The notes beneath the pieces were generated by a model. The model was given only the letters and a program-made list of their open reading frames with translations. It did not search any database and was not told the origin of the DNA. This document shows positions 38,484 to 47,189 of a DNA stretch of 64,000 nucleotides, piece after piece. The stretch's first letter is position 1; the number at the start of each line of letters is the position of its first letter. This stretch comes from an uncultured Oscillospiraceae bacterium (GTDB lineage Bacteria > Bacillota > Clostridia > Oscillospirales > Ruminococcaceae), in NCBI GenBank assembly GCA_910586535.1, contig CAJUHS010000002.1:167790-231789 (forward strand), given 5' to 3'. The position numbers and the translations under genes are program-made.

Positions 38484-38906
38484 ATGAAAAAAATTATTTC
38501 TGAAATTATTGAATTGCAAAAAAATGCGGAGTTCGCCTATGTCGGCTCGGTAAATGAGGTGGGCATCCCCCAAATAAAGTGTATGTTTGCGACTAAATGC
38601 GAAAACATGAAAACCCATTATTTTTCCACAAACACAAGCTCAAAACGTGCGGGACAGTTCCTTAAAAACCCCAAAGCCTGCGTTTATTACTGCGATGAGA
38701 CTAACTTTGCAGGCGCACTTTTTACGGGGACTATGGAGGTCTGCACCGACCATGAGACCAAGGCTATGCTTTGGCATGACGGCGATGAGAAGTACTATCC
38801 CAAGGGCGTTGACGACGAGGATTACTGCGTGTTCAAATTTACCGCCGAGACGGTGAATTACTACCACGGATTGAGCAACGTTACACTGCCGATAGACCAA
38901 TTATAA
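38484..38906 (+). CDS. Pyridoxamine 5'-phosphate oxidase-like FMN-binding family protein (general stress protein 26-like)
   Basis: AAGGAG RBS then ATG (MKKIISEIIELQ…); about 140 aa split-barrel pattern; starts 2 nt after the marR stop. Confidence 0.7.
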   Translation: MKKIISEIIELQKNAEFAYVGSVNEVGIPQIKCMFATKCENMKTHYFSTNTSSKRAGQFLKNPKACVYYCDETNFAGALFTGTMEVCTDHETKAMLWHDGDEKYYPKGVDDEDYCVFKFTAETVNYYHGLSNVTLPIDQL

Positions 38907-38913
38907 AAAACAA

Positions 38914-38950
38914 GGATAGAAACGAAACCCGTTTCTATCCTCATTTTTTA
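38914..38950. terminator. Bidirectional terminator (GGATAGAAAC stem)
   Basis: GGATAGAAACgaaacccGTTTCTATCC followed by TCATTTTTTA; A-run on the other side. Confidence 0.65.
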
Positions 38951-40087
38951 AAGTCTGCACTTGAAATCCTCATAGCCGAATTTTTTTATAGTTTTACATA
39001 TGCCGTTTTCCCCGCACCAAACAATAGCGGGCAGAGGCATACCGTTAAAGGTGTTATTTTTTACCATAGAGTAAATTGCCATATCGCAGAAAACAAGCCT
39101 ATCCCCTGCCGTAAGCGGATTGTCAAAGGAATAATCTCCGATAATGTCGCCGGCAAGACAAGTGGGGCCTCCCAAACGGTAAGTGTACGTTTTTTCACCA
39201 GGCATACCCGCACCGATAACGTTTGGACGGTATGGCATCTCCAGCACATCCGGCATATGGCAAGCCGCGGAAGTGTCCGTAATTGCAAGATTCATACCGT
39301 TTTTAAGAACGTCAAGAACTTCCGTTACCAGAAATCCCGCATTCAGAGCAACTGCTTCGCCGGGTTCAAGATAGACCGTCAAACTGTATTTTTCCTGTAC
39401 TCTTTTTACAATTTCCACAAGCTTTTCAATGTCGTAATCTTCGCGGGTAATGTGATGTCCGCCGCCGAAATTCAGCCACTTTAAGCCGTGCAGATATTTT
39501 CCGAATTTTTCTTCTACTGCGGCAACAGTACGTTCTAAAACGTCAGCGCCCTGCTCGCACATAGTATGAAAGTGCAGACCGCTTATTCCCTCCGGAAGCG
39601 TATCGGGAAACTCGGCAATAACCGTACCCAAACGGGAATTTTTAAAGCAGGGATTATAAATATCCGTCTCTATCTCGGAATATTCGGGATTCATTCTGAT
39701 ACCGACTTCAATATTCCTTCTGCTTTTCAGCACGTCCGGATAAAATTTTTCGTACTGTTCAAAGCTGTTGAAAACAATATGATCAACAATGGTAACTATT
39801 TCCTTAAAATCACTTTTCTTATATGCCGGAGCGTAGACGTGCACCTCGCCGTTCAGCATTTCCTCTTTGCCAAGCTTTGCCTCGTACAAACCGCTGGCAG
39901 TAGTCCCCGCTAAATACTCGGAAATTATCGGATAGACGCTGTACATTGAAAAAGCCTTTTGAGCAAGCAGTATCTTGCAGCCCGTCCTGTCCTGCACGGC
40001 TTTTAAGATTTCCAGATTATTCCTAAGTAAAGCTTCGTCTACAACATAGCAGGGCGTGGGTAGTAACGATATGTCAAAATTTAGCAT
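38948..40087 (-). CDS. nspC: Carboxynorspermidine/carboxyspermidine decarboxylase
   Basis: About 380 aa from MLNFDISLLPTPCYVVDE…; PLP fold-III decarboxylase motifs (…LHFHTMCEQ…, GGPTCLAGD); GAGGAG RBS before the ATG at 40087. Confidence 0.85.
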   Translation of the reverse strand: MLNFDISLLPTPCYVVDEALLRNNLEILKAVQDRTGCKILLAQKAFSMYSVYPIISEYLAGTTASGLYEAKLGKEEMLNGEVHVYAPAYKKSDFKEIVTIVDHIVFNSFEQYEKFYPDVLKSRRNIEVGIRMNPEYSEIETDIYNPCFKNSRLGTVIAEFPDTLPEGISGLHFHTMCEQGADVLERTVAAVEEKFGKYLHGLKWLNFGGGHHITREDYDIEKLVEIVKRVQEKYSLTVYLEPGEAVALNAGFLVTEVLDVLKNGMNLAITDTSAACHMPDVLEMPYRPNVIGAGMPGEKTYTYRLGGPTCLAGDIIGDYSFDNPLTAGDRLVFCDMAIYSMVKNNTFNGMPLPAIVWCGENGICKTIKKFGYEDFKCRL

Positions 40088-40547
40088 TTTGGTTCTCCTC
40101 AGAAATATTTTTTCGGTAAATACGGCTGTCTCCGCCGTAGATGTCAGCACGGCTTTCAATGTAGGTAAAGCCGTATTTTTCGTACAGTCCAATATGGTCG
40201 GTGCAGATGTATATTTGGGATATTCCCTTTTCGGAGGCAATTTCTTCGCAGCGGAATATCAGCTTTCCCACATAGTGATGTCCGCGGTATTCGGGAAATG
40301 TGTAAACAAATCCTATCCACGGAGAAAGTTTTTCATCGTCAATACAATCTCTTTCGGCGAACGTCACAAAGGAGAGCAGTCTGTCCCCCTCGGTGAGAAG
40401 CAGCAGCGTCCCCTCGCCGAGGTTCTCGTGAAAGAAGTTTTCCTCGATAAACCGCGCGAGAGTGGGTATTGCGCCCCAATCGCCCTTTTTTATCTCCGCA
40501 AGCCAATAGTCGGGCTTGTCCGATTTAAAATAATCAATTATTTCCAT
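40074..40547 (-). CDS. GNAT family N-acetyltransferase
   Basis: 157 aa; GFVYTFPEYRGHHYVGKLI acetyl-CoA binding motif A; 14-nt overlap with nspC. Confidence 0.8.
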   Translation of the reverse strand: MEIIDYFKSDKPDYWLAEIKKGDWGAIPTLARFIEENFFHENLGEGTLLLLTEGDRLLSFVTFAERDCIDDEKLSPWIGFVYTFPEYRGHHYVGKLIFRCEEIASEKGISQIYICTDHIGLYEKYGFTYIESRADIYGGDSRIYRKNISEENQNAKF

Positions 40548-40550
40548 AAG

Positions 40551-40727
40551 CTACTCCTTGTCAATAATCTCAATATTTTTAAGCTGACCCTCCAGATTGG
40601 CTTTCACACCGTCGCGGTACTCCTGCCGCAAGGCCGCCTGTTCGGCTTTTTCAGCTTCGGTAAGACCCTCCGCAGTGCGGGACTTCTTTGCCAGCTCGTT
40701 TATTCTGTCAATCTTTTTCTTATTCAT
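40551..40727 (-). CDS. DUF896/UPF0291 family small protein (YnzC-like)
   Basis: …IDRINELAKKSRTAEGLTEAEKAEQAALRQEYRDG… closely resembles B. subtilis YnzC. Confidence 0.7.
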   Translation of the reverse strand: MNKKKIDRINELAKKSRTAEGLTEAEKAEQAALRQEYRDGVKANLEGQLKNIEIIDKE

Positions 40728-41229
40728 TTCGATACTCCTTTGCAAATTCCTTTAAATACTCGTCTATCTCCTGCCGCGACTTAAAAATTATCACATTTTT
40801 ATCCTTATAGCGTTCCAGCATTTTGTATATTTCCGGCAGCTTTTCATTGGGAAAATCCACTATCCACTGTCTGAATTCTTCGTCAAATTCCTCTTCGACC
40901 CAAGGCATATCCTCCCGCTTTTTGCCGACCCTTGCCGCCGCTCCCGCCAAGCAGACTTCCAACGGAAAGTCCAGCAGAAACACCGCGTCGCAATGCTCTA
41001 AACGCGTTTCAATAGTACGCTGATAGTTGCCGTCGATTATCCACTTATCGGTACGCAAAATTTCGGACAGCCGCCTGTCAAATTCCTCCCTTTCGACAGT
41101 AGTCCTGTCGGGTCTGTGGTTGATCATATCAAGGTGGCAAAGAGGCAGACCCGTTATATCCCGCAATTGCCGTGAAAACGTGCTTTTCCCCGCCCCGGGA
41201 CTGCCAATCACAATTATTTTTCGGAACAT
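40720..41229 (-). CDS. P-loop NTPase, adenylate-kinase-like (topology modulation FlaR-like family)
   Basis: MFRKIIVIGSPGAGKSTFSRQL Walker A; about 170 aa; GGGAGGA RBS. Confidence 0.7.
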   Translation of the reverse strand: MFRKIIVIGSPGAGKSTFSRQLRDITGLPLCHLDMINHRPDRTTVEREEFDRRLSEILRTDKWIIDGNYQRTIETRLEHCDAVFLLDFPLEVCLAGAAARVGKKREDMPWVEEEFDEEFRQWIVDFPNEKLPEIYKMLERYKDKNVIIFKSRQEIDEYLKEFAKEYRNE

Positions 41230-41338
41230 ATTAATTTCCTCCCTGCACATATTTTTCCCCATTCAGATAAATATAGGCGGGAGCTCGCCAATACAAGCCT
41301 GCCCCGCCCAAGTTGTTTTATTTATGTATGCTCTATAA

Positions 41339-42538
41339 TTATTTGGAAATAAGCGCCAGCGTATCTCTTGCGATAAGCAGTTCCTCGTTGGTGGGAACTA
41401 CCCATACTTCAACCTTAGAGTCCGCCGTGGATATCTTTTTAAGCTCGCCGTGGATAGTCTTGTTGAGTTCGTTGTCGATTTTAATTCCAAAGAAATCCAT
41501 ATCAGAGCAAACGCCCTCACGTACCTCAGAAGCGTTCTCGCCAATTCCTCCTGTGAACAGAACAGCGTCAAGACCGTTCATAGCCGCAGCATAAGAGCCG
41601 ATGTACTTCTTTATCTCATACTGAAGCATTTCAGAAACAAGCTTAGCTCTCTTGTCACCGTGGGCAGCCGCGCCGGAAATATCCCTGTTGTCGGAGGAAA
41701 CGCCGGATACCCCCAAAAATCCCGACTTCTTGTTCATGTATTCGCTCATTTCCTTTGTAGTAAAGCCGTGCTTTTCAGCAACAAAGGTTACGGCGGAGGG
41801 GTCAACGCTTCCTGTTCTTGTACCCATTACAACTCCGTCAAGAGGCGTAAAGCCCATGGAAGTATCGATAGATTTTCCTCCGTCGATAGCAGTGATCGAG
41901 GAGCCGTTGCCGAGGTGACAGGAAACGATCTTCAAATCCTTTACGTCCTTGCCCATTGCATCTGCAAGAGCAGCGGAAACAAACCTGTGAGAAGTTCCGT
42001 GGAAGCCGTATTTTCTGACGTGATATTTTTCATAATCATCATAAGGAAGTCCGTACATAAACGCCTTTTCGGGCATTGTCTGGTGGAAAGCGGTATCGAA
42101 CACAACTACTTGCGGAACGTTTTCGGGGAGAACCTTTTTGCAAGCCCACAGCGCAAGAGCGTGAGGGTGGTTATGTACAGGTGCAAGATCCTGAAGATCG
42201 TCTATCTGCTGAATTACCTCATCGGTAACAAGGGTAGTCTTGTCAAAAACTTCCGCGCCCTGAACTATTCTGTGACCTACCGCGGATATTTCGTCCATAG
42301 ACTTGATAACAGAAGCCTGTCCGGTCGTAAGCACATCAACAAGCTTCTCAAAAGCTTCTGTATGAGTGGGGAAATCACAGTCCATGTCAACCGTTCTGCC
42401 GTCGAAAGTCTTATGGGCAACGTGACCTCCAATACCTATTCTGTCGCAGTTTCCCTTGGCAATAACGCTTTCGTCATCCATGTTGAGAAGCTGATATTTG
42501 AGAGAGGAGCTTCCCGCGTTTACTACAAGAATTAACAT
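41339..42538 (-). CDS. ackA: Acetate kinase
   Basis: 399 aa; MLILVVNAGSSSLKYQL N-terminus and full acetokinase layout. Confidence 0.95.
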   Translation of the reverse strand: MLILVVNAGSSSLKYQLLNMDDESVIAKGNCDRIGIGGHVAHKTFDGRTVDMDCDFPTHTEAFEKLVDVLTTGQASVIKSMDEISAVGHRIVQGAEVFDKTTLVTDEVIQQIDDLQDLAPVHNHPHALALWACKKVLPENVPQVVVFDTAFHQTMPEKAFMYGLPYDDYEKYHVRKYGFHGTSHRFVSAALADAMGKDVKDLKIVSCHLGNGSSITAIDGGKSIDTSMGFTPLDGVVMGTRTGSVDPSAVTFVAEKHGFTTKEMSEYMNKKSGFLGVSGVSSDNRDISGAAAHGDKRAKLVSEMLQYEIKKYIGSYAAAMNGLDAVLFTGGIGENASEVREGVCSDMDFFGIKIDNELNKTIHGELKKISTADSKVEVWVVPTNEELLIARDTLALISK

Positions 42539-43053
42539 AATTATCCAAACCTTTCTTTGTAAATATTCAAAAAATTACCGAAAATATTATATCACTTTCA
42601 ACAATAAAAATCAAGAGCATATTTTTAAATTCCGACAGTTTTAATCTCACCGGTTGCTTTTCCCAAGTAAGTATATCAAACCATATTTCCATATCTGCCA
42701 GCGCATACGATAAAAACCATCTTGTTTTAAAAAGTTTTTTGTTTTTTCTATTACTGCGCCGGTAAAGTTTTTCCCGTTATTAAAGCTCACCACAAAATAC
42801 CCGCTTTTTATAAAATTAGTTAATTTAATATTAACGTAAATTATAAACAATTGTAAAAAACTATTTTTCTCATACATTAAAATTGTAAAAAATTTACTTT
42901 TACTGTTACGGCAAACATTAACTTCCAGACATCTAACAAAACGATTTAATTTTTTCCTGCTTTGTAAAATAAAATACTTGCCAAATGCAAATAAATATGG
43001 TATAATAAAAACCATTAATGCGTGTTACGTAAAAAGCGGAGGAATTTAAACCA

Positions 43054-44259
43054 ATGAAAACATACGGAATCATATGTGAATACAACCCGTTTCACAACGG
43101 TCATATCTATCAGATAGAGGAGACCCGCAAGCAGGGCGCTACCCATATTGTCGCAATTATGAGCGGAAACTACGTTCAGCGCGGGGACGTTGCAATGATA
43201 GACAAGTTTGCAAGAGCGAAGACCGCCGTAGCAAACGGAGTCGATCTCGTTGTGGAAATGCCCGTAGTATACTCTCTGTCAAGCGCGAACTTTTTTGCCC
43301 GTGCGGGCGTTATGATGCTTGGTGCCCTCGGCTGTGTGGACGGTATCTCGTTCGGCAGCGAATGCGGTGACATCGAATTGCTCAAAAACGCCGCTATGGC
43401 ATCTATAAACGCCTCCAAGCCCGAAAAGATCAAGCCACTTGTTGAACAGGGCATGTCTTTCCCGCAGGCGATACAGCAGGCTATCGCTCTGGAGTACGGT
43501 CCCATAATCGCTTCCGTGTTTGATTCCCCCAATAACACGCTCGCTGTAGAATACCTCAAAGCCATAAAGCTTCTTAACCTTGAATTCGAGACCTTTACCG
43601 TAAAGCGCAAGGGGGCGGAGCATGACAGCGCCGACCCGTCGGAGGGTATTGCAAGCGCAAGCCTTATACGCAGCATGATCGAGGACGGCAAGGATATCAG
43701 TCCTTATGTTCCCAAAGAAACTGCCGAAATTGCAAGAGAATATGAAGAAAAAGAACTGCTTGCATATTTTGACAATCTTGAAAGAGAACTTCTGTATGTG
43801 CTGCGTTCAATGATACCTCCTGCCATTGCCGAATGTCCCGACGTTGACCCTGCTCTGGCAAACTTTATATTCCGTGCGGGAATAGACGCGAAATCACTTG
43901 ACCAGTTCCTTGAAATAACGGGAACAAAACGGTACACCGCGGCAAAAATAAGAAGAGTACTGCTCAACCTTTATATAGGTACAAAAGCCTCAGATCTTAT
44001 GATAATGCCTCCATACGGCCGAATACTGGCGTTCAACGACAAGGGCAGCGAGATACTGAAAGCATCCAAGGAAAAATCTGAGGAAAACAAACTTGCTATT
44101 CCTTTTGATACATCGTTAAAGGATATAATTGAACTCAAGCGTCCTCCCATAAACAGATTTGCAGATATTTCAAACAGAGCGACCAACCTTTACGGTCTTG
44201 CTTCAAGAACTATCCGCCCATGTGCCGAGGACTTTACAGCAAAGATAGAAATACAATAA
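43054..44259 (+). CDS. tmcAL: tRNA(Met) cytidine acetate ligase (TmcAL; nucleotidyltransferase UPF0348/YlbM family)
   Basis: MKTYGIICEYNPFHNGHIYQI (HxGH nucleotidyltransferase motif), about 400 aa, YlbM-like architecture. Confidence 0.85.
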   Translation: MKTYGIICEYNPFHNGHIYQIEETRKQGATHIVAIMSGNYVQRGDVAMIDKFARAKTAVANGVDLVVEMPVVYSLSSANFFARAGVMMLGALGCVDGISFGSECGDIELLKNAAMASINASKPEKIKPLVEQGMSFPQAIQQAIALEYGPIIASVFDSPNNTLAVEYLKAIKLLNLEFETFTVKRKGAEHDSADPSEGIASASLIRSMIEDGKDISPYVPKETAEIAREYEEKELLAYFDNLERELLYVLRSMIPPAIAECPDVDPALANFIFRAGIDAKSLDQFLEITGTKRYTAAKIRRVLLNLYIGTKASDLMIMPPYGRILAFNDKGSEILKASKEKSEENKLAIPFDTSLKDIIELKRPPINRFADISNRATNLYGLASRTIRPCAEDFTAKIEIQ

Positions 44260-44369
44260 TAATTTACAAATCTTGTAATTAGTTTACAATTATACTTTGT
44301 TTTGTAACTTTTCGGGCTTGTTTTTTACAATTCGTCATAAAATTGTAATATATTTCGTCAAAAAAGCTA

Positions 44370-44398
44370 TTGCCAAAACAGAAAAAATATTGTATACT
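44370..44398 (+). promoter_or_regulatory. Sigma-A type promoter for the secreted Tyr-rich protein gene
   Basis: TTGCCA-17 nt-TATACT about 80 nt upstream of the ATG at 44477. Confidence 0.45.
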
Positions 44399-44476
44399 TG
44401 TAAGTAAGCAAAATTTATTTTTCGCAATAACTGCCTTAAAAGGCATGAAAATCAATTTGCAAAGGAGATTTTTAAA

Positions 44477-46024
44477 ATGAAAAAGAAAAACCTCGGCAGG
44501 ATTGCCGCAGCAAGTTTGGCAGCTATGACGGCTGTCTCCGCATTGAGTGTTACCGCAAGCGCAATGGTAGGCAATAACGGCATTGCAAGCGGAAGTGTTT
44601 ATCAGGTAACTATTACTGAGACCGGCTCTAACGGTGTTACTTCCACTACGACTAAATATTTCAGCAGTTCCGAGCTTGCAGACATTGCTATCAGCGGACT
44701 TGGTCAAGGTGCAGATGCAAAGAAATCTGAAACAACCGTTAACGCAGCTTTTGGCAACGGTACTGTAATTTACGTTGCAGCAAACGGCGAAATCACAAAG
44801 ACCAACACTTCCGGTCAAAAGTACACAACTTCCGGTTCCTCATCTTCAAATACCCCGAATTACGGCTCAAGCTACAATTATGCTTCAAGCACAAACAATG
44901 TTTATCTGGGTGCAAACGGAAAATGGTATCCCAACCTCTCAAGCTTGTACTCCTCCGGCACTTCACTTTCCACATCGAAGCGTGTTGACGGTCTTACTTA
45001 CGGCGAAGTAAAAAATTCTACACCAGGCGGTATTGTATATTTTGACAGAGATAGCGGTACATATTCTTCAGTTCCTACAGGTGACTACGTACAGATCTTG
45101 GGTTATTCCAGCAACTATGACGACTATTATTACAATCACAGCGACTGGGCTACATATGATATATACTATGTAAACGGTGTATACTACCCCACGCTCAGTT
45201 CTGCGCTCTCCGCAGCCGGAAATGACTACAGCAAAATCAGAAGACACAGCGATACGGGTTACACAAGACCTAAGACTAACTATTTCAGCCAGACTACAGG
45301 TATGTACTATACCACATATGCAGATGCGCTCAGAGCTTCCGGAAACAACGCTTCCAGAGTTTACTCATTTAACTATTATGCCAATGATTACTATTACGGC
45401 GATATGTATGGCTATGGCTACGGAGATCCTTACTACTACTACTGGCTCAACAATCAGAAAAACAAGGATGATGACACAACAAGCTCTAAGAACGACTCCA
45501 CTACAGCTTCCATAGGTAACAGAAAGGGTTGGACAGCCGTTGCAAAATACCTTGGCTCTCTTAAGAACGGTTCAAGCGTTTCCGTAAGCATGAATTACGA
45601 AACTTCTATTCCTTCTTCTGTAACTTCTGCTATTTATGGCAAGAATATCACAGTTAAATTTGTACTCAAAAACGGTGTTGTTTTTGCTATCAACGGAAAA
45701 AATCTTTCCACAACCGCTTCGATTGACATTGATACAACTTACAACACCAATATGGTTCCGACAAAGCTTGTTAAAGCAGCTTATAAGAAGAACGATGCTG
45801 TAAGCAATGCTCAGATCACTATCAGCGGCGGATCTTTCGGCGTAGAGGCTGACGTTACAGTTAAGTTCTCCACCAAGCGTGCAGGTTGCACTGCTAAGCT
45901 GTACCGTTACAATTCCGCAAAGGAAACTCTTTCGCTCGTTGACACAGCTAAGGTTCAGAGCAACGGCAAATGTACTTTCGGCGATGTTGATAAGGGCGGT
46001 AACTTTGTAATCATACTTTGTTAA
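44477..46024 (+). CDS. Secreted low-complexity protein with signal peptide, Ser/Thr/Gly/Asn/Tyr-rich, and three internal repeats
   Basis: N-terminal signal peptide (MKKKNLGRIAAASLAAMTAVSALSVTASA); poly-Tyr cluster (YYYGDMYGYGYGDPYYYYW); three copies of G-x-YY-P/T-T-L/Y-S/A-x-A-L-S/R-A-x-G-N-D/N. No LPXTG anchor. Confidence 0.6.
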   Translation: MKKKNLGRIAAASLAAMTAVSALSVTASAMVGNNGIASGSVYQVTITETGSNGVTSTTTKYFSSSELADIAISGLGQGADAKKSETTVNAAFGNGTVIYVAANGEITKTNTSGQKYTTSGSSSSNTPNYGSSYNYASSTNNVYLGANGKWYPNLSSLYSSGTSLSTSKRVDGLTYGEVKNSTPGGIVYFDRDSGTYSSVPTGDYVQILGYSSNYDDYYYNHSDWATYDIYYVNGVYYPTLSSALSAAGNDYSKIRRHSDTGYTRPKTNYFSQTTGMYYTTYADALRASGNNASRVYSFNYYANDYYYGDMYGYGYGDPYYYYWLNNQKNKDDDTTSSKNDSTTASIGNRKGWTAVAKYLGSLKNGSSVSVSMNYETSIPSSVTSAIYGKNITVKFVLKNGVVFAINGKNLSTTASIDIDTTYNTNMVPTKLVKAAYKKNDAVSNAQITISGGSFGVEADVTVKFSTKRAGCTAKLYRYNSAKETLSLVDTAKVQSNGKCTFGDVDKGGNFVIILC

Positions 46025-46034
46025 CAAAAAGTTC

Positions 46035-46063
46035 TTGACATTAAACGCTTTTTATGGTATAAT
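46035..46063 (+). promoter_or_regulatory. Perfect consensus sigma-A promoter (TTGACA-17-TATAAT) for rpmE
   Basis: Seen directly; about 100 nt upstream of the rpmE ATG. Confidence 0.6.
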
Positions 46064-46161
46064 GTTTTACCGTAAAGTGATTAGGTAGCACTACTGTCCG
46101 ATATGTTGTGATGGGCTGCTATGCAATCATAAATATATTGGAAAGAAATGAGGTGCTGTTC

Positions 46162-46365
46162 ATGAAGCAGGGTATTCATCCCGACTATAAGGAGACTACC
46201 ATTACCTGTGCTTGCGGCAATGTTATCAAGACCCGTTCCACAAAGGAAAACATCAGAGTCGAGATTTGCTCCAAGTGTCACCCGTTCTACACCGGTAAGC
46301 AGAAGCTTGTTGACACCGGCGGACGCGTAGACAGATTCAAGAAGCGTTTTGGTATGGATAAGTGA
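46162..46365 (+). CDS. rpmE: 50S ribosomal protein L31 (zinc-ribbon type A)
   Basis: [21 protein letters not shown]…[12 protein letters not shown]; 67 aa; the longer ORF-track start is spurious. Confidence 0.9.
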   Translation: MKQGIHPDYKETTITCACGNVIKTRSTKENIRVEICSKCHPFYTGKQKLVDTGGRVDRFKKRFGMDK

Positions 46366-46369
46366 TTCC

Positions 46370-46408
46370 GCAAGCCTGCGTAATTCTTTACGCAGGCTTG
46401 TTTTTTGG
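46370..46408 (+). terminator. Rho-independent terminator after rpmE
   Basis: GCAAGCCTGCGTAA…ACGCAGGCTTG followed by TTTTTTGG. Confidence 0.7.
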
Positions 46409-46438
46409 CTAAATGTAATTTAAGAAAGGAACATTTAT

Positions 46439-47065
46439 ATGGACAGCGATTATTCTACCGTCAGAGATTCGGCGGAAGCTTCCTTTACCGAAAAAAAATC
46501 CGAATTTATCGGACACATCAAACACGTGGAAACGGAAGATGAAGCGGTGGGCTTCATCAACGATATACGCGCAGCCAACAGAAAAGCCAGACATAATGTA
46601 TATGCTTATATCCTACGTTCAGGAAACATTTCCAGATATTCCGACGACGGCGAACCTCAGGGGACGGCGGGAGTTCCTGTGCTGGAGGTACTCCGCAAGG
46701 AAGGACTGACAGACGTTTGCTGTGTGGTCACAAGATACTTCGGAGGTATTCTGCTCGGAGGCGGAGGTCTGGTCAGAGCATATTCACACAGCGCCAAAAT
46801 TGCCGCCGACGCTGCGGAACGGTTTGTTATGTGTCTTTGCAGACCTGTAACAGTTACTGCAGACTATAATCTGTACGGAAAAATCAGCTATGTACTTCCG
46901 GAATTTGAGGTCAAGCTTCTGAATACAGACTACGCCGAAAATATCACGGTAAAAATGCTTGTCAAAAATGATTTTTGCGCTCCGCTTATCGAAAAGCTTA
47001 CCGATATTACCAATGGAAACGCCGCTATTGTGCATGGTGATGAATATTACGATAATTTTGCATGA
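46439..47065 (+). CDS. yigZ: IMPACT/YigZ family protein
   Basis: 208 aa; …KKSEFIGH…RKARHNVYAYIL…DDGEPQGTAG…GGILLGGGGLVRAY signature of the YigZ/IMPACT family. Confidence 0.85.
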   Translation: MDSDYSTVRDSAEASFTEKKSEFIGHIKHVETEDEAVGFINDIRAANRKARHNVYAYILRSGNISRYSDDGEPQGTAGVPVLEVLRKEGLTDVCCVVTRYFGGILLGGGGLVRAYSHSAKIAADAAERFVMCLCRPVTVTADYNLYGKISYVLPEFEVKLLNTDYAENITVKMLVKNDFCAPLIEKLTDITNGNAAIVHGDEYYDNFA

Positions 47066-47189
47066 TAATTTATGCACTAATACAAATTTCATATTAAAAA
47101 GAGGTTTTTTTTCCGCGAAAATTGTATATATAAGCAGATACTATATTTAAATGCGCTACTATAGCATCAGACTTCTCGGAGGTGCGGAT

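Noticed and set aside
41450-42535. 361-aa plus-strand ORF
   Set aside because: Antisense to ackA.
42647-43015. 122-aa ORF in the ackA/tmcAL intergenic region
   Set aside because: Extremely AT-rich, Phe/Lys/Asn/Ile-dominated translation with no RBS. This is a promoter region, not a gene.
43176-44186. Several minus-strand ORFs (171, 114, 87 and 71 aa) inside tmcAL
   Set aside because: Antisense to a well-supported gene with a strong HxGH motif.
44279-44818. 179-aa Cys-rich minus-strand ORF
   Set aside because: Overlaps the promoter and 5' part of the secreted Tyr-rich protein gene on the opposite strand. The Cys richness is a mirror of the Ala/Thr/Ser (GCN/ACN) bias of the real gene.
46087-46161. 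Possible regulatory leader for rpmE
   Set aside because: The roughly 100-nt leader has no convincing stable structure or conserved motif that I can recognise. It is probably just the 5' UTR.
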